From the NCBI GenBank assembly GCA_002503285.1, contig DARI01000010.1, positions 21,081 to 85,080 of the forward strand: a DNA stretch of 64,000 nt. Reading direction: 5' to 3'. The notes beneath the pieces were generated by a model, which was not told where the DNA came from, ran no database searches, and was given only the letters and a program-made list of their open reading frames with translations. Shown piece after piece: positions 47,952-57,698 of this stretch. The position numbers and the translations under genes were made by a program. This stretch comes from Euryarchaeota archaeon UBA557 (lineage in GTDB: Archaea > Thermoplasmatota > Poseidoniia > Poseidoniales > Thalassarchaeaceae). How positions within the stretch are numbered: position 1 is the stretch's first letter; each line of letters opens with the position of its first letter.

Positions 47952-48866
47952 TTAGAGTTCATCTCTGCAATGATATTTTAAAACCAAGTTTGCAAATGAT
48001 GATAATATTTCAGCCCCATCGTGTTCTCCTTTGAATGATTTAAATTCATCTTCGCTTATGTGGCCCCACTCGTATGCTCTTTTTATCCTATTTTTTGCTG
48101 CTTCGGGATGAAATTGGAGCCCCCATGAAGGTAATGGATTTCCTTGGCCATCATTTACTCTAACTGCAGTAATTTTATTATGCGTAGTTGTTGCTAGAAT
48201 ATCAAGACGAAATGGTACTGAAATTACATGATCTTGATGAGTGTAAAGTCCTGAAATATTATCTCTAGGCATTAAATGAGATGTTAATAACTTATCTTCT
48301 TTACCGATTTTGGTAAGTTCTAATTCCCAAATACCACTTGATAGTGAATCATGCCTTTCGACCTTGCCTCCGTATGAATGACAAAGTAATTGATGGCCGA
48401 AACATATTCCAAGTGTTGGAATTCCGTAGTTTGAAGATGTGTGCATAAGTAATGCTGATGGGGCCATCCATTCTTCCCATATGCTCACATTTCTTCTAGA
48501 TCCAGAACAAATAACTACATCTATGTTCAAGCCTTCAAGCCAACATTTCATCTTAAGATAATCTGCTACCATTGGCATAATGATCCTGCGGAAAGGTACT
48601 TTTTTATTTTCTAATTCTACTTCCAATAGGCTCCAAAATGGAAATTCATCGTCCCAGTTCGGGACATCTTCTTTCGTTAATGTAATATCAGGATTTGAAT
48701 TTAATTTCTTATTATGAATTGGAGATTGCATTTGAGGAGTGATCAATAGAACTTCAACATCTGAGGATTTCAAAAATGGTCTAACTACTTCTTGATTTCC
48801 TCCATGTCCAAATTCAGCACGTTCGGCTAATAGGTCAAGAATTAGTATTCGCGTAAGTACTCCCAC
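47952..48866 (-). CDS. Class I glutamine amidotransferase-like protein (COG0518-like)
   Basis: GICFGHQLL (nucleophile Cys) and LQFHPE. A GTG start at 48866 (…GVLTRILILD) is preferred because the ATG at 48992 would overlap the divergent nfu gene. Confidence 0.6.
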   Translation of the reverse strand: MGVLTRILILDLLAERAEFGHGGNQEVVRPFLKSSDVEVLLITPQMQSPIHNKKLNSNPDITLTKEDVPNWDDEFPFWSLLEVELENKKVPFRRIIMPMVADYLKMKCWLEGLNIDVVICSGSRRNVSIWEEWMAPSALLMHTSSNYGIPTLGICFGHQLLCHSYGGKVERHDSLSSGIWELELTKIGKEDKLLTSHLMPRDNISGLYTHQDHVISVPFRLDILATTTHNKITAVRVNDGQGNPLPSWGLQFHPEAAKNRIKRAYEWGHISEDEFKSFKGEHDGAEILSSFANLVLKYHCRDEL

Positions 48867-48946
48867 AGATAACCGTAGAGGAAGTATTTGAAAGCCTCGC
48901 CCCTCTTGGATTGGTTCGGGGTAGTCATTAAATGGTAGACAAACAA

Positions 48947-49216
48947 ATGATTTTGGAGTCCGTTGGACCTGTTCAGGCCATATTAGATGCACATGACGGA
49001 GTAGTGAACATTGTTGATACTACTGGCGGGATTATCATGATATCATTAGAAGGAGGATGTACGGGATGCAGTGCAACTCCAATGACTGCAATGCAAATAT
49101 ATTATTCATTAATGAAACTTGATGAGGTACAAGATGTTATTTTTGTAAATGGTGAATTACCAGCCTATATGCGTTCTTTTATTGACGATAAATTAAATGG
49201 TGAGAATAAGGAATAA
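48947..49216 (+). CDS. nfu: NifU C-terminal-domain (Nfu-type) Fe-S scaffold protein
   Basis: LDAHDGVVNIVD…ISLEGGCTGCSATPMT (CxxC). Confidence 0.7.
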   Translation: MILESVGPVQAILDAHDGVVNIVDTTGGIIMISLEGGCTGCSATPMTAMQIYYSLMKLDEVQDVIFVNGELPAYMRSFIDDKLNGENKE

Positions 49217-49218
49217 TT

Positions 49219-49548
49219 TTATTTATCTCTGCGTTTTTTCATTATTTCATGAGGATTAATTTCACCTTGGACATCTTTTCCTTTGATATTTAGTGAAGCA
49301 GTGAGTGCAACTATTATTGCCAGAATTGCTAAAGGTCTCGCAGCATTTCTTGATTCCCATAATTCACCTCCAAGATAATGCAATATGAATAACATAATTG
49401 CTGAAGTCCAGCATAATGACATTATGACTCTTTGAGTAATTATTTCACCATTTTGTGAACGTGCTAATGTTCCTATTGAAATCCATAAGAAAAGAGCGGC
49501 TCCACAAAGAGTTAGAGAAATATTCTCTAGCAGATCCAACATTTCCAT
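49219..49548 (-). CDS. Hypothetical membrane protein (109 aa)
   Basis: Three or four hydrophobic segments and a basic tail. Confidence 0.45.
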   Translation of the reverse strand: MEMLDLLENISLTLCGAALFLWISIGTLARSQNGEIITQRVIMSLCWTSAIMLFILHYLGGELWESRNAARPLAILAIIVALTASLNIKGKDVQGEINPHEIMKKRRDK

Positions 49549-49642
49549 AGCCAGTCGTAATGGACTTCACTTGTTTAGATTAGGGAGATTAGTACACAAT
49601 TAAGGGACAGAATCAAGTTGAATGACTATTTGATATCAAAAC

Positions 49643-51577
49643 ATGGTGAACGTTTCCGCATGGTCACTTCCAAAAACAAAAAGAAGAGTTTCACCATACA
49701 TTACTAAATCTCAATTAGCGACGGTACTTGAACAAGCCGCCATTTTATTGGAATTAGATGGAGCTAATAGATTTAGAGTGATAGCCTATCAAAATGCAAG
49801 TCGAGCACTTTCATCTTTAGAAGAAGATCTTCTAAAAGTAGTAATTGATAATAGAATAACAGACATTAAAGGAATTGGCAAAGGAATTGGGGGGTTGATT
49901 GAAGAAGCAGTTCTAGAGGGAACATGGGGGAGTTTGTATGACCTCTACGGAAGAGTCCCTCGTGGCTTAGTAGAAATGGTTGGAATTCCAGGATTAGGCC
50001 CTAAAAGGGCACGACAATTATATGAGAAATTAGGGATTGATTCTGTAGAATCATTAAAATTTGCATGTTCAAATGACAATATTTCTTCTTTATCAGGTTT
50101 TGGAAAAAAAAGTCAAGAAAAATATCTTGAAGGAATTGATTTACTTAGGCGATACCAAGGAAGGAGTAGAATGGATGTTGGATTGGCATATGGACACGCA
50201 TTGGAAAGAAGAATATCAAATATCCCAAACGTAGTAAAGGTAGAATTAGCAGGAAGTGCAAGAAGAAAGAGAGAGACCATAGGCGATTTAGACATAGTAC
50301 TTGGAGCAAAACCGGGTGACCAAGCAGAAATAATTAAAGAAATAATGAATTTTCCAGGAATAGCGGAAATTAAGGGACAGGGTAGTTCCAAAATTAGTCT
50401 TATTTTAGAAGCAGATATGCTTGTAGGAAAAATTAATGTTTCAGGAATAGATAGTGGATTAGCGGAAACTCTTGTTGAAAGAAGCTTGGACGCCACAATA
50501 GATGCTCAAATTAGAATTGTTGATCCGGAATCATTTCCATTCACACTAGCCTATTTTACTGGTTCAAAAGAGCACAATATAAGGATGAGACAAATTGCCA
50601 TTAATAGAGGCTTGCGATTAAATGAATTTGGATTATTTTCAGAAGAGGAAGCTGGCAGTAAGATAGGTAAAGAAGCTGCGGAAAATACACTTATATGTTC
50701 TACAGAAGAGGATATTTATCATCATTTAGGGCTAAGATGGGTACCTCCAGAATTACGTGAAGACATGGGAGAAATTGAAGCATCTGCAAATAATGTTCTT
50801 CCAAATCTGATAAAGGTTGAGGACTTAAGAGGATCTTTTCACAATCATACAATTGCTTCAGATGGAAATGCTACTTTAGAAGAAATGAGTAATTATGCAA
50901 TCAATATGGGATGGGAATATCTAGGAATTGCTGATCATTCAGAGTCATTAAATATAGGTGGAAAATCTATAGGAATTGCAGGTGAAGATATTTTAAATCA
51001 AAAATTAGAAATTCAAAATTTAAATAAAAAATGGAAAGAGCAAGATGTGGAATTTAGGATTTTTCATGGTTCGGAATGCGACATAATGCCTGATGGAAGA
51101 TTGGATTATTCTGATGATATTAGATCTTCATTATCGCATATCGTCGGATCAGTTCATGCATTGGGGAGTTGGCGTAATAGGGACGAACATACAAATACTG
51201 AGGCATTGATAAATGCAATTGAAGATCCGACATTTACAATATTGGGGCACCCAACTGGAAGGATACTACAAGGAAGAGAGGGTTTTCCTGTCGATATGCA
51301 TGCTATTTTGCGTAGAATGGGCGAAATAAATGCAGAAGGAATACTTAAAGCGGTTGAAATTAATGCTTCCCCCTATCGCCTCGATATGGATTGGAGATTA
51401 TGTAAATACGCCAAAGAACTTGGAGTTCCGGTCTGCATTAATCCTGATGCCCATAATCCTGAAGGTTTGAATGACATATGGTTCGGTACTCAAATTGCTA
51501 GAAAAGGATGGTTGGAAAAAGAGGATATTCTGAATACTAAATCTGCCAGTGAAATTGAAAGGCTACTTGGTCAATAA
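49643..51577 (+). CDS. polX: Family X DNA polymerase with C-terminal PHP domain
   Basis: HhH motifs (GIGKG, GLGPKRA), GSARRKRETIGDLDIV, YFTGSKEHN, PHP domain HNHTIASDG…ADH…GHP. Confidence 0.9.
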   Translation: MVNVSAWSLPKTKRRVSPYITKSQLATVLEQAAILLELDGANRFRVIAYQNASRALSSLEEDLLKVVIDNRITDIKGIGKGIGGLIEEAVLEGTWGSLYDLYGRVPRGLVEMVGIPGLGPKRARQLYEKLGIDSVESLKFACSNDNISSLSGFGKKSQEKYLEGIDLLRRYQGRSRMDVGLAYGHALERRISNIPNVVKVELAGSARRKRETIGDLDIVLGAKPGDQAEIIKEIMNFPGIAEIKGQGSSKISLILEADMLVGKINVSGIDSGLAETLVERSLDATIDAQIRIVDPESFPFTLAYFTGSKEHNIRMRQIAINRGLRLNEFGLFSEEEAGSKIGKEAAENTLICSTEEDIYHHLGLRWVPPELREDMGEIEASANNVLPNLIKVEDLRGSFHNHTIASDGNATLEEMSNYAINMGWEYLGIADHSESLNIGGKSIGIAGEDILNQKLEIQNLNKKWKEQDVEFRIFHGSECDIMPDGRLDYSDDIRSSLSHIVGSVHALGSWRNRDEHTNTEALINAIEDPTFTILGHPTGRILQGREGFPVDMHAILRRMGEINAEGILKAVEINASPYRLDMDWRLCKYAKELGVPVCINPDAHNPEGLNDIWFGTQIARKGWLEKEDILNTKSASEIERLLGQ

Positions 51578-51612
51578 CGAACATTCACATATTATCGGGT
51601 CCATCGAGAATT

Positions 51613-51819
51613 ATGGGAATTGCACGCGGAGTAGTTTTTGCTGGAGTTGCATTTCTCCCTAGTCTTGTTTTAGGCCTAATCCTATACATCTTATTAGGAG
51701 GTAATACAGGTAGTTCAGTCGGAGGAGCCGATTTCATGTATGGGCCATGTTATGGAGTGCCGTTTATTTGTATCCTTTCGGCATTTGTAATGGGAATATC
51801 TGCTGATGTGAGAGAATAG
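51613..51819 (+). CDS. Small hydrophobic protein (68 aa)
   Basis: Two predicted TM segments, tightly packed between polX and nth. Confidence 0.35.
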   Translation: MGIARGVVFAGVAFLPSLVLGLILYILLGGNTGSSVGGADFMYGPCYGVPFICILSAFVMGISADVRE

Positions 51820-51820
51820 A

Positions 51821-52465
51821 ATGCTTAGATCACAAAAGGCTAAAAAAATTGGCATCTTATTAGACCAAATGTATCCAGAGCAACCCATACCCTTAGATCA
51901 TAAAGACATCTATACCTTACTGGTAGCTGTAATGCTTTCTGCTCAAACAACAGACAAAAAGGTAAATCAAGTCACTCCAAATCTTTTCAAAATTGCAGAT
52001 AACCCAGAAAGTATGAGTAAGTTGGAAGTTGCCGAAATTAGGGAAATTATTCGTGAAGTTGGGCTAGCTCCAACTAAAGCGAAGAATTTGAAAAAAATGG
52101 CCTTACAAATATTAGAAAATAATGGAGAAATATATCCGGATTGGGATTTTCTAGAATCATTGGCAGGAGTTGGCCATAAAACAGCAGGAGTAGTAATGGC
52201 CCAAGGATTTGGCAAAACAGCTTTTCCAATTGATACGCACATACACAGATTGGCAACTAGATGGGGCCTAACAAATGGTAAAAATGTAAAAAAAACAGAG
52301 TATGATTTAAAGAAGGTTTTTCAAGAAGATACTTGGAATAGACGGCATTTGCAAATAATTTATTTTGGAAGAGAACATTGCCCCGCATTACGGCATGATT
52401 TGGCTCAATGTCCGATATGTTCATGGGCGGCTACAAAAAAAAGAATACACGAAGAGAGGAAATAA
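51821..52465 (+). CDS. nth: Endonuclease III (HhH-GPD DNA glycosylase)
   Basis: LLVAVMLSAQTTDKKVN, HhH LAGVGHKTAGVVM, IDTHIHR. The C-terminal Cys cluster has only C-x10-C-x2-C. Confidence 0.85.
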   Translation: MLRSQKAKKIGILLDQMYPEQPIPLDHKDIYTLLVAVMLSAQTTDKKVNQVTPNLFKIADNPESMSKLEVAEIREIIREVGLAPTKAKNLKKMALQILENNGEIYPDWDFLESLAGVGHKTAGVVMAQGFGKTAFPIDTHIHRLATRWGLTNGKNVKKTEYDLKKVFQEDTWNRRHLQIIYFGREHCPALRHDLAQCPICSWAATKKRIHEERK

Positions 52466-52466
52466 A

Positions 52467-53048
52467 ATGGATAGATTTGAAGGTAGGATTTCAGCTTCAT
52501 CATTTTCAACAGGAGAAAGAATTGTGATAGGAGACTGGAGTAAATCTCCTCTTGGAAAATTTGTAAATATCATGTGGGCCAGGCCTAATGGGAGGAGAAT
52601 TTTAATCTCTCCTTCAGAAAAATGTGCTGAATATGTATCAAAAATATATTCATTTGAAGAAGTTATAATTCAGCCCATAGATATAAAAAGAAATAATAAT
52701 AAAATTGAAATAAAGACTTTGGATTTAAAATTAATATTTGAATGGAAAAGTTTTTTTCCATTCCCAATAAATAGGCCAAGATGGTTCATATCTACAATAG
52801 AGAATTTTATAGGAAATCTTGTATTTGGTTCAAAAACCTATGGAAAAACAAGAGATGGGCGTAAAGAATGGTATATGATAAAAGGAATTTCCTTCGTTTC
52901 GAAGGCATATGGAGAGAATAAGGGAGAATCTTTTGGAACTATTGAATATCATAAAATTCCAACACTATTTGGATTCAGTGAACCTCCAAAAAGACCATCG
53001 TCGGTAAAGGTTGTTTCCTTAATAGAGAAAACTAGACTTGATGTGTAA
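52467..53048 (+). CDS. Hypothetical protein (193 aa)
   Basis: ATG lies 1 nt after the nth stop; the 5' extension in the ORF track is rejected. No motif recognised. Confidence 0.5.
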   Translation: MDRFEGRISASSFSTGERIVIGDWSKSPLGKFVNIMWARPNGRRILISPSEKCAEYVSKIYSFEEVIIQPIDIKRNNNKIEIKTLDLKLIFEWKSFFPFPINRPRWFISTIENFIGNLVFGSKTYGKTRDGRKEWYMIKGISFVSKAYGENKGESFGTIEYHKIPTLFGFSEPPKRPSSVKVVSLIEKTRLDV

Positions 53049-53066
53049 TGACTCATTCGGAGAACT

Positions 53067-53549
53067 ATGGTAGAAACAGTAGAATTGGAAGTTGGAGATA
53101 TTGCGCCCGAATTTGAATGCTTGATAACAGATGGAACATTAATCAATCTTAAAGATGTTTTAAACGATGGTAGAGGGGTGATTCTATATTTCTATCCCAG
53201 AGATAATACTCCTGGATGTACCATACAAGCATGTGATTTTAGAGATAGTTTTAGTAGATTTAATAATTCAGGATGGAAGGTAATTGGAGTTTCTACTGAT
53301 ACTCCAGAAAGCCATGAGAAGTTCATAAATAAGTATGATTTACCCTTTGATTTAATAGTTGATGATGATTCATCCTTACATAAAAAATATAGTACATGGA
53401 GGAAAAAAAACATGTATGGAAAGGAATATATGGGCTGTTTAAGATCGACATTCGTAATATCAAAAGATGGAAAAATCATGTTATCAATGTATGGAGTTAG
53501 TGCAAAGGGGCATGTAGATAATTTGATTTCACAATTAGGTGTTGAATAA
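53067..53549 (+). CDS. bcp: Thiol peroxidase / peroxiredoxin Bcp
   Basis: FYPRDNTPGCTIQAC active site. Confidence 0.9.
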   Translation: MVETVELEVGDIAPEFECLITDGTLINLKDVLNDGRGVILYFYPRDNTPGCTIQACDFRDSFSRFNNSGWKVIGVSTDTPESHEKFINKYDLPFDLIVDDDSSLHKKYSTWRKKNMYGKEYMGCLRSTFVISKDGKIMLSMYGVSAKGHVDNLISQLGVE

Positions 53550-53551
53550 TT

Positions 53552-53785
53552 ATGATGATAGATGAAAGAAGAGATATCGTTGAACGTTTTTTAGAAAGAT
53601 GCATCGCATATTCAAATGCATCAATAGAACGTAAAGAACACAGGAATGATAATTTAGAAGATATAAATAAATGGAAGGCATATAGAGATTTTATGCGAAT
53701 AACTGTAAAGGAGATACGAGCAAAGGAATTGGACACTTGGCTTGAAGATGGCCCGGTCTCTTATGAGCCTGGGACAGAAAAGTAA
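53552..53785 (+). CDS. Hypothetical protein (77 aa)
   Basis: ORF lies 2 nt after the bcp stop. Charged helical composition. Confidence 0.4.
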   Translation: MMIDERRDIVERFLERCIAYSNASIERKEHRNDNLEDINKWKAYRDFMRITVKEIRAKELDTWLEDGPVSYEPGTEK

Positions 53786-53793
53786 AGTTGCCT

Positions 53794-54249
53794 TCAAGTA
53801 ATATTTGATAGGCCAAGAATGTGTTTGTGCGTGTCGACTCTCATATTCAATCCGGGAACCATCAGAAGAGTATCAGATTCATTTAATGCAAAAACATTTA
53901 ATCCATTATTTTCCGCTAGTTGGCGTATTTCTCTACTACATTTTGCAGTTTGTGAAGGCATATGGATTAATTCTTTTAAATTAAATAAAAGTAAATTGCC
54001 ATTGATTAATTCTTTATCCATGCCAATTAAATTTAATCTACGTAAATTATCCGGTTTGAGATATATTACTTTATGAGTCGGTTTGAGTATCATTTTGTTG
54101 GTCCATTCAGAAATACGATTTTCCGATAAATGAATAATCATATCTCCGGCTTGTGGATTAGGGAAATTTGATTGAATCGTTTCATCAGTTTCTAAATGAT
54201 TTTTTAAGTTTGGATTGGGCAATCCTAACAGGCGGAAAAGGTTGACCAT
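53794..54249 (-). CDS. sepF: SepF-like cell-division protein (candidate FtsZ membrane anchor)
   Basis: N-terminal amphipathic MVNLFRLLGL. The C-terminal core ELINGNLLLFNL…REIRQLAENNGLNVFALNESDTLLMVPGLNM aligns by eye with archaeal SepF (…DGNLVIADI…LRQVAREVDGDIV…VITP). Confidence 0.5.
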   Translation of the reverse strand: MVNLFRLLGLPNPNLKNHLETDETIQSNFPNPQAGDMIIHLSENRISEWTNKMILKPTHKVIYLKPDNLRRLNLIGMDKELINGNLLLFNLKELIHMPSQTAKCSREIRQLAENNGLNVFALNESDTLLMVPGLNMRVDTHKHILGLSNIT

Positions 54250-54263
54250 GATGGCCGTAATAA

Positions 54264-57200
54264 CTACTCCTCAAAGAGTGCTTCGATGTCATCTTCGGAT
54301 AAAATGGCATTTGGAGTGAGTATTTGTTTTTCCAATGTACTAGATTCAATTGCATGATTATTTTTTAATTCTGAAGTATCAGATGCCATATCTGCATAAT
54401 TAATTGACTTATTGGAACCAATAGAATCGAATAATTGGTCTAAATTCGAATCCTTTAATTTATTATTTGTTGTTTTATCATCCTCCTTATTTCTATATCT
54501 AATTGATAAAAATACTCCTCCCGTAGAAATTAAAATTAAAAGCAAGATTGTAGAAGAATTTTCTTTTATTCTATTTTCGAAATTAAGCGGTGCTTTTGAC
54601 ACATCGACTACCATGGTTATTGAATTACTCTCAGATTCATCATAAACAGTCAATTTTACTACTTTTTTTCCTTCATCATCATAAAATACCTGTATCCACC
54701 TTCCAATCATGTCAATATCATTTGAAGGATTTCCATCGCCATCAGAATCTAATGAAGTATCTATATCCCAATGATAAATCATATTTTCTATATCAAATTC
54801 AGAATCAATAGTTCCGTTAGCAGATAAAGAAATAGCCTGTCCTTGTTGAGGGTTTAGGTTATTTGTTGATGCTACAGCCGTCGGCCTAGTGTTTCGAATA
54901 TCAATATCTATATTGACAAAATCCCTGCTACCGTCATCATCCGTCACATGAAAAATTATAAACTCTGGGGCCGATACAGAATCTTCCCAAATATAGGATA
55001 AATAAGTAGAGGTGAAATCACAATCATCATCCTCGTTTCCGAGCAAGTCAGAATTAACCGATGGATCAATATCAAAGCATGAAGTCAGAGAATCTACATC
55101 ATTAGGAGTATCAATAACTCCAATATCAAAAATCAATTCTTCTCCTTCTTGGACCGGTAGTCTTGGACTAATTGAAACAACATAAGGGGCGATATTTTCT
55201 ATTTCTATGGGTATAATCAATGTTTTTGTTTCTCCTTCAAAGACAGTAGATTCATTATCATTATCAAAAATTTGTAAAGTTGCTAGTTGGAGTCCTGCAA
55301 ATCCATAAGTATGATTTATCTCGCCCATAATGCCATAACTAGTTAGTTCCAACTCAGGATTATTTTCAGCATCTGGGGACCATATATATTGAAGAGAGTT
55401 CATGTCATTCTCTGAATCTGTAACCCACGCTTTTAAAGTTAGGATTTCTCCTTCTTTGGCTGCAAAAACTCCCCTATTATCAGGAGTTATCTTATTTGGT
55501 CCAGACCAAACTTCAATTTTCGGATCAAATGGTGCAATGTTAGTGGCCATGACTGAAGAAGAGGCGAATGTAATTGCCCCGTCATCATCAATTGCGGATA
55601 CATTAATGCTAAATTCCCCCTCATTAAGAGGGGTGAGAGTACACTTAGTACTTATTTGCCCTTCCTTACAATTAGGATTATCCCATAATATATCAACTGG
55701 AGAATTCGGAGATTGGGTATCTAAATCAATTCTTTCAATAATTTCAAATGTAACTTCAGAAAATACTGTAACTGATGTTTTGTCTGAAATTAATGTTATT
55801 TGAGGAGGCCTATTTACAATTGAAATAGAAGACATAAATGTGTCTTGGTCGTTTTCTTCATCGGTAATTGTCAACAGTATCTGAAATTGTCCATCATCAT
55901 CCCATTTAGCCTCATAAATACAATCTTCTTCAAAAAAGTTTTCGAAAATATTTATTGATATTTCAATATAAAAATCACAAAAGTATGATCCTCCATCCGA
56001 GTCATAAGAGGTTGTTCCATTCAAAGTTATTTCATCCAATGTTAATATTTCGGTCGGGTGTTCCAAAGCTGCAATTGGAATTGTACCTATAAAAAGAGTA
56101 AAAATTCCATAATTATTGGATTTATTTCCATCTTGGATGAGAGTTTCGTCAGGATCAACTAAAAATTCCAAATAAACTGAGCCATATGATTGTTGAAATG
56201 GGACTGTCCAATTTACTTCTATCCTAGATTCTTGGAGGCTTGACAAGGGAGGGACTATCGCAAATAGTGTATTTCCATCAGGAGAATCAATTTTAAGATT
56301 AGAGGAGGGAGAAGATATTAATCCCTTATTGGCTACGGGTACTGAAAATACCAGTATATCTCCATAAACGGCAGTAAAGCCAATGTTCGTATCCAGAGTC
56401 AGAGTGCTATTATTTCTAGTTCTTTGGACGGTTACTCCTTCTGCCCTTGTTACCAAATCAATTTCATGTATGTTTAAATTTGTACTAACTGATACCGCCC
56501 CCAATATTGGCGAAGATTGATTAGCCCAAACAATAATTCCATGACTTGCTAAATCATCCACTGAAGCGGTTGTATCAGTGCTATTTCCAGTATTAAATTC
56601 TAAGTAATAAGACCCATTTTGATCAGTAGTAAAACTTCTTACGTCATCTTCTATTTCATATCTAAATTCTAGTTCTAAATCCGATACAGGCGTACCTTGA
56701 TTAGTCACATTTATCCATGCATATATATCAGTATCAATGGGAGATAATGGGTATTCTAAATCAATATTAATTTCTTTAAATCTTGTTACTGGTTGGTAGG
56801 CAACTAATTCATGTACTGCTTTAAATCCTAGACTTTGAGTAAAAGAAGATATAATATCTCCATTTATTGCAGGACAGTACCACCTATATCCTGATTCTTC
56901 GCCATCTCCATTGTAAGTTGTAATATTATATGATTGGCCACATCCAGCATAACTTACGCCTGAAAATCCTTGAGAGACAGTTTGCCATGAAGAAGTATTG
57001 TCGTCTTCGGAATTATCAGGAATATCTACATAATTACTAGAGCCGCTATAGGTAGTTTCTTGATGATAATCAGAATCCCACGATTCCCCTACATTCAATG
57101 GAAAATCCAAACCTTCGAGAGCAGGATAATAACTATTATTTAATATTAAATCCGCTACATCTATATTTACGCACCACCAAAATAAATCTGCACAAAAGTC

Positions 57201-57659
57201 GATTTCTATAGATGCTTCTTGTGAAACAGTTGCCATATCTGAAGCACGTATTATTTCAATTGTATTAATGTTAACTGAGATATCGCCATTTTGACCATCT
57301 AATTCTACATCGTTGGCTGCGTATTCTCCAATTGACTCAACTTTGTATGTTAATGATGATTGATTATCTATGATTGATAAGAATATTGAGGTTACAGTTT
57401 TATCCAGTGTCCCATTGAGATAATTTACAGTAGTAGATATCCCAGAAGAAGTTATGAAGTCCCCAACATCCAAATATCCAGAATACATCCAATTATCATT
57501 AATTTGCCATGTTTGAACATCGATTATTCCGGATTGAGAATTAGTTTCTACGCCATATACAAAGTTTTCATCTAATTGTTTTTGATCGAAAATATTAGAT
57601 AAAAGAGGTGAAATCAGAATAAAACAAATAAGAAATGTAATTCGGCCAGACTTCTCCAT
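54264..57659 (-). CDS. Large secreted surface protein with PKD/Ig-like repeats, C-terminal TM and cytoplasmic tail
   Basis: Signal peptide ITFLICFILISPLLSNIF. Repeated PKD-like signatures (SYDSDGG…, AIDDDGA, VTDDDGS, VYDESES). TM ILLLILISTGGVFLSI followed by an acidic tail of about 90 aa. Confidence 0.75.
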   Translation of the reverse strand: MEKSGRITFLICFILISPLLSNIFDQKQLDENFVYGVETNSQSGIIDVQTWQINDNWMYSGYLDVGDFITSSGISTTVNYLNGTLDKTVTSIFLSIIDNQSSLTYKVESIGEYAANDVELDGQNGDISVNINTIEIIRASDMATVSQEASIEIDFCADLFWWCVNIDVADLILNNSYYPALEGLDFPLNVGESWDSDYHQETTYSGSSNYVDIPDNSEDDNTSSWQTVSQGFSGVSYAGCGQSYNITTYNGDGEESGYRWYCPAINGDIISSFTQSLGFKAVHELVAYQPVTRFKEINIDLEYPLSPIDTDIYAWINVTNQGTPVSDLELEFRYEIEDDVRSFTTDQNGSYYLEFNTGNSTDTTASVDDLASHGIIVWANQSSPILGAVSVSTNLNIHEIDLVTRAEGVTVQRTRNNSTLTLDTNIGFTAVYGDILVFSVPVANKGLISSPSSNLKIDSPDGNTLFAIVPPLSSLQESRIEVNWTVPFQQSYGSVYLEFLVDPDETLIQDGNKSNNYGIFTLFIGTIPIAALEHPTEILTLDEITLNGTTSYDSDGGSYFCDFYIEISINIFENFFEEDCIYEAKWDDDGQFQILLTITDEENDQDTFMSSISIVNRPPQITLISDKTSVTVFSEVTFEIIERIDLDTQSPNSPVDILWDNPNCKEGQISTKCTLTPLNEGEFSINVSAIDDDGAITFASSSVMATNIAPFDPKIEVWSGPNKITPDNRGVFAAKEGEILTLKAWVTDSENDMNSLQYIWSPDAENNPELELTSYGIMGEINHTYGFAGLQLATLQIFDNDNESTVFEGETKTLIIPIEIENIAPYVVSISPRLPVQEGEELIFDIGVIDTPNDVDSLTSCFDIDPSVNSDLLGNEDDDCDFTSTYLSYIWEDSVSAPEFIIFHVTDDDGSRDFVNIDIDIRNTRPTAVASTNNLNPQQGQAISLSANGTIDSEFDIENMIYHWDIDTSLDSDGDGNPSNDIDMIGRWIQVFYDDEGKKVVKLTVYDESESNSITMVVDVSKAPLNFENRIKENSSTILLLILISTGGVFLSIRYRNKEDDKTTNNKLKDSNLDQLFDSIGSNKSINYADMASDTSELKNNHAIESSTLEKQILTPNAILSEDDIEALFEE

Positions 57660-57698
57660 AGACCTACGTTAAGGGCCCTACTGAATAAAACTTGGTTT

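Noticed and set aside
48867-48992. ATG at 48992 as the start of the GATase1 gene.
   Set aside because: It would overlap the 5' end of the divergently transcribed nfu gene. A typical amidotransferase N-terminal beta-strand (TRILILD) begins right after a GTG at 48866. The start remains uncertain.
52380-52465. Endonuclease III appears to have only three Cys (C-x10-C-x2-C) instead of the canonical C-x6-C-x2-C-x5-C [4Fe-4S] motif. An A8 run lies nearby.
   Set aside because: Neither alternative frame after the A-run supplies a fourth Cys. I cannot judge ligand substitution without alignments or a structure, so I note it but do not claim it as a finding.
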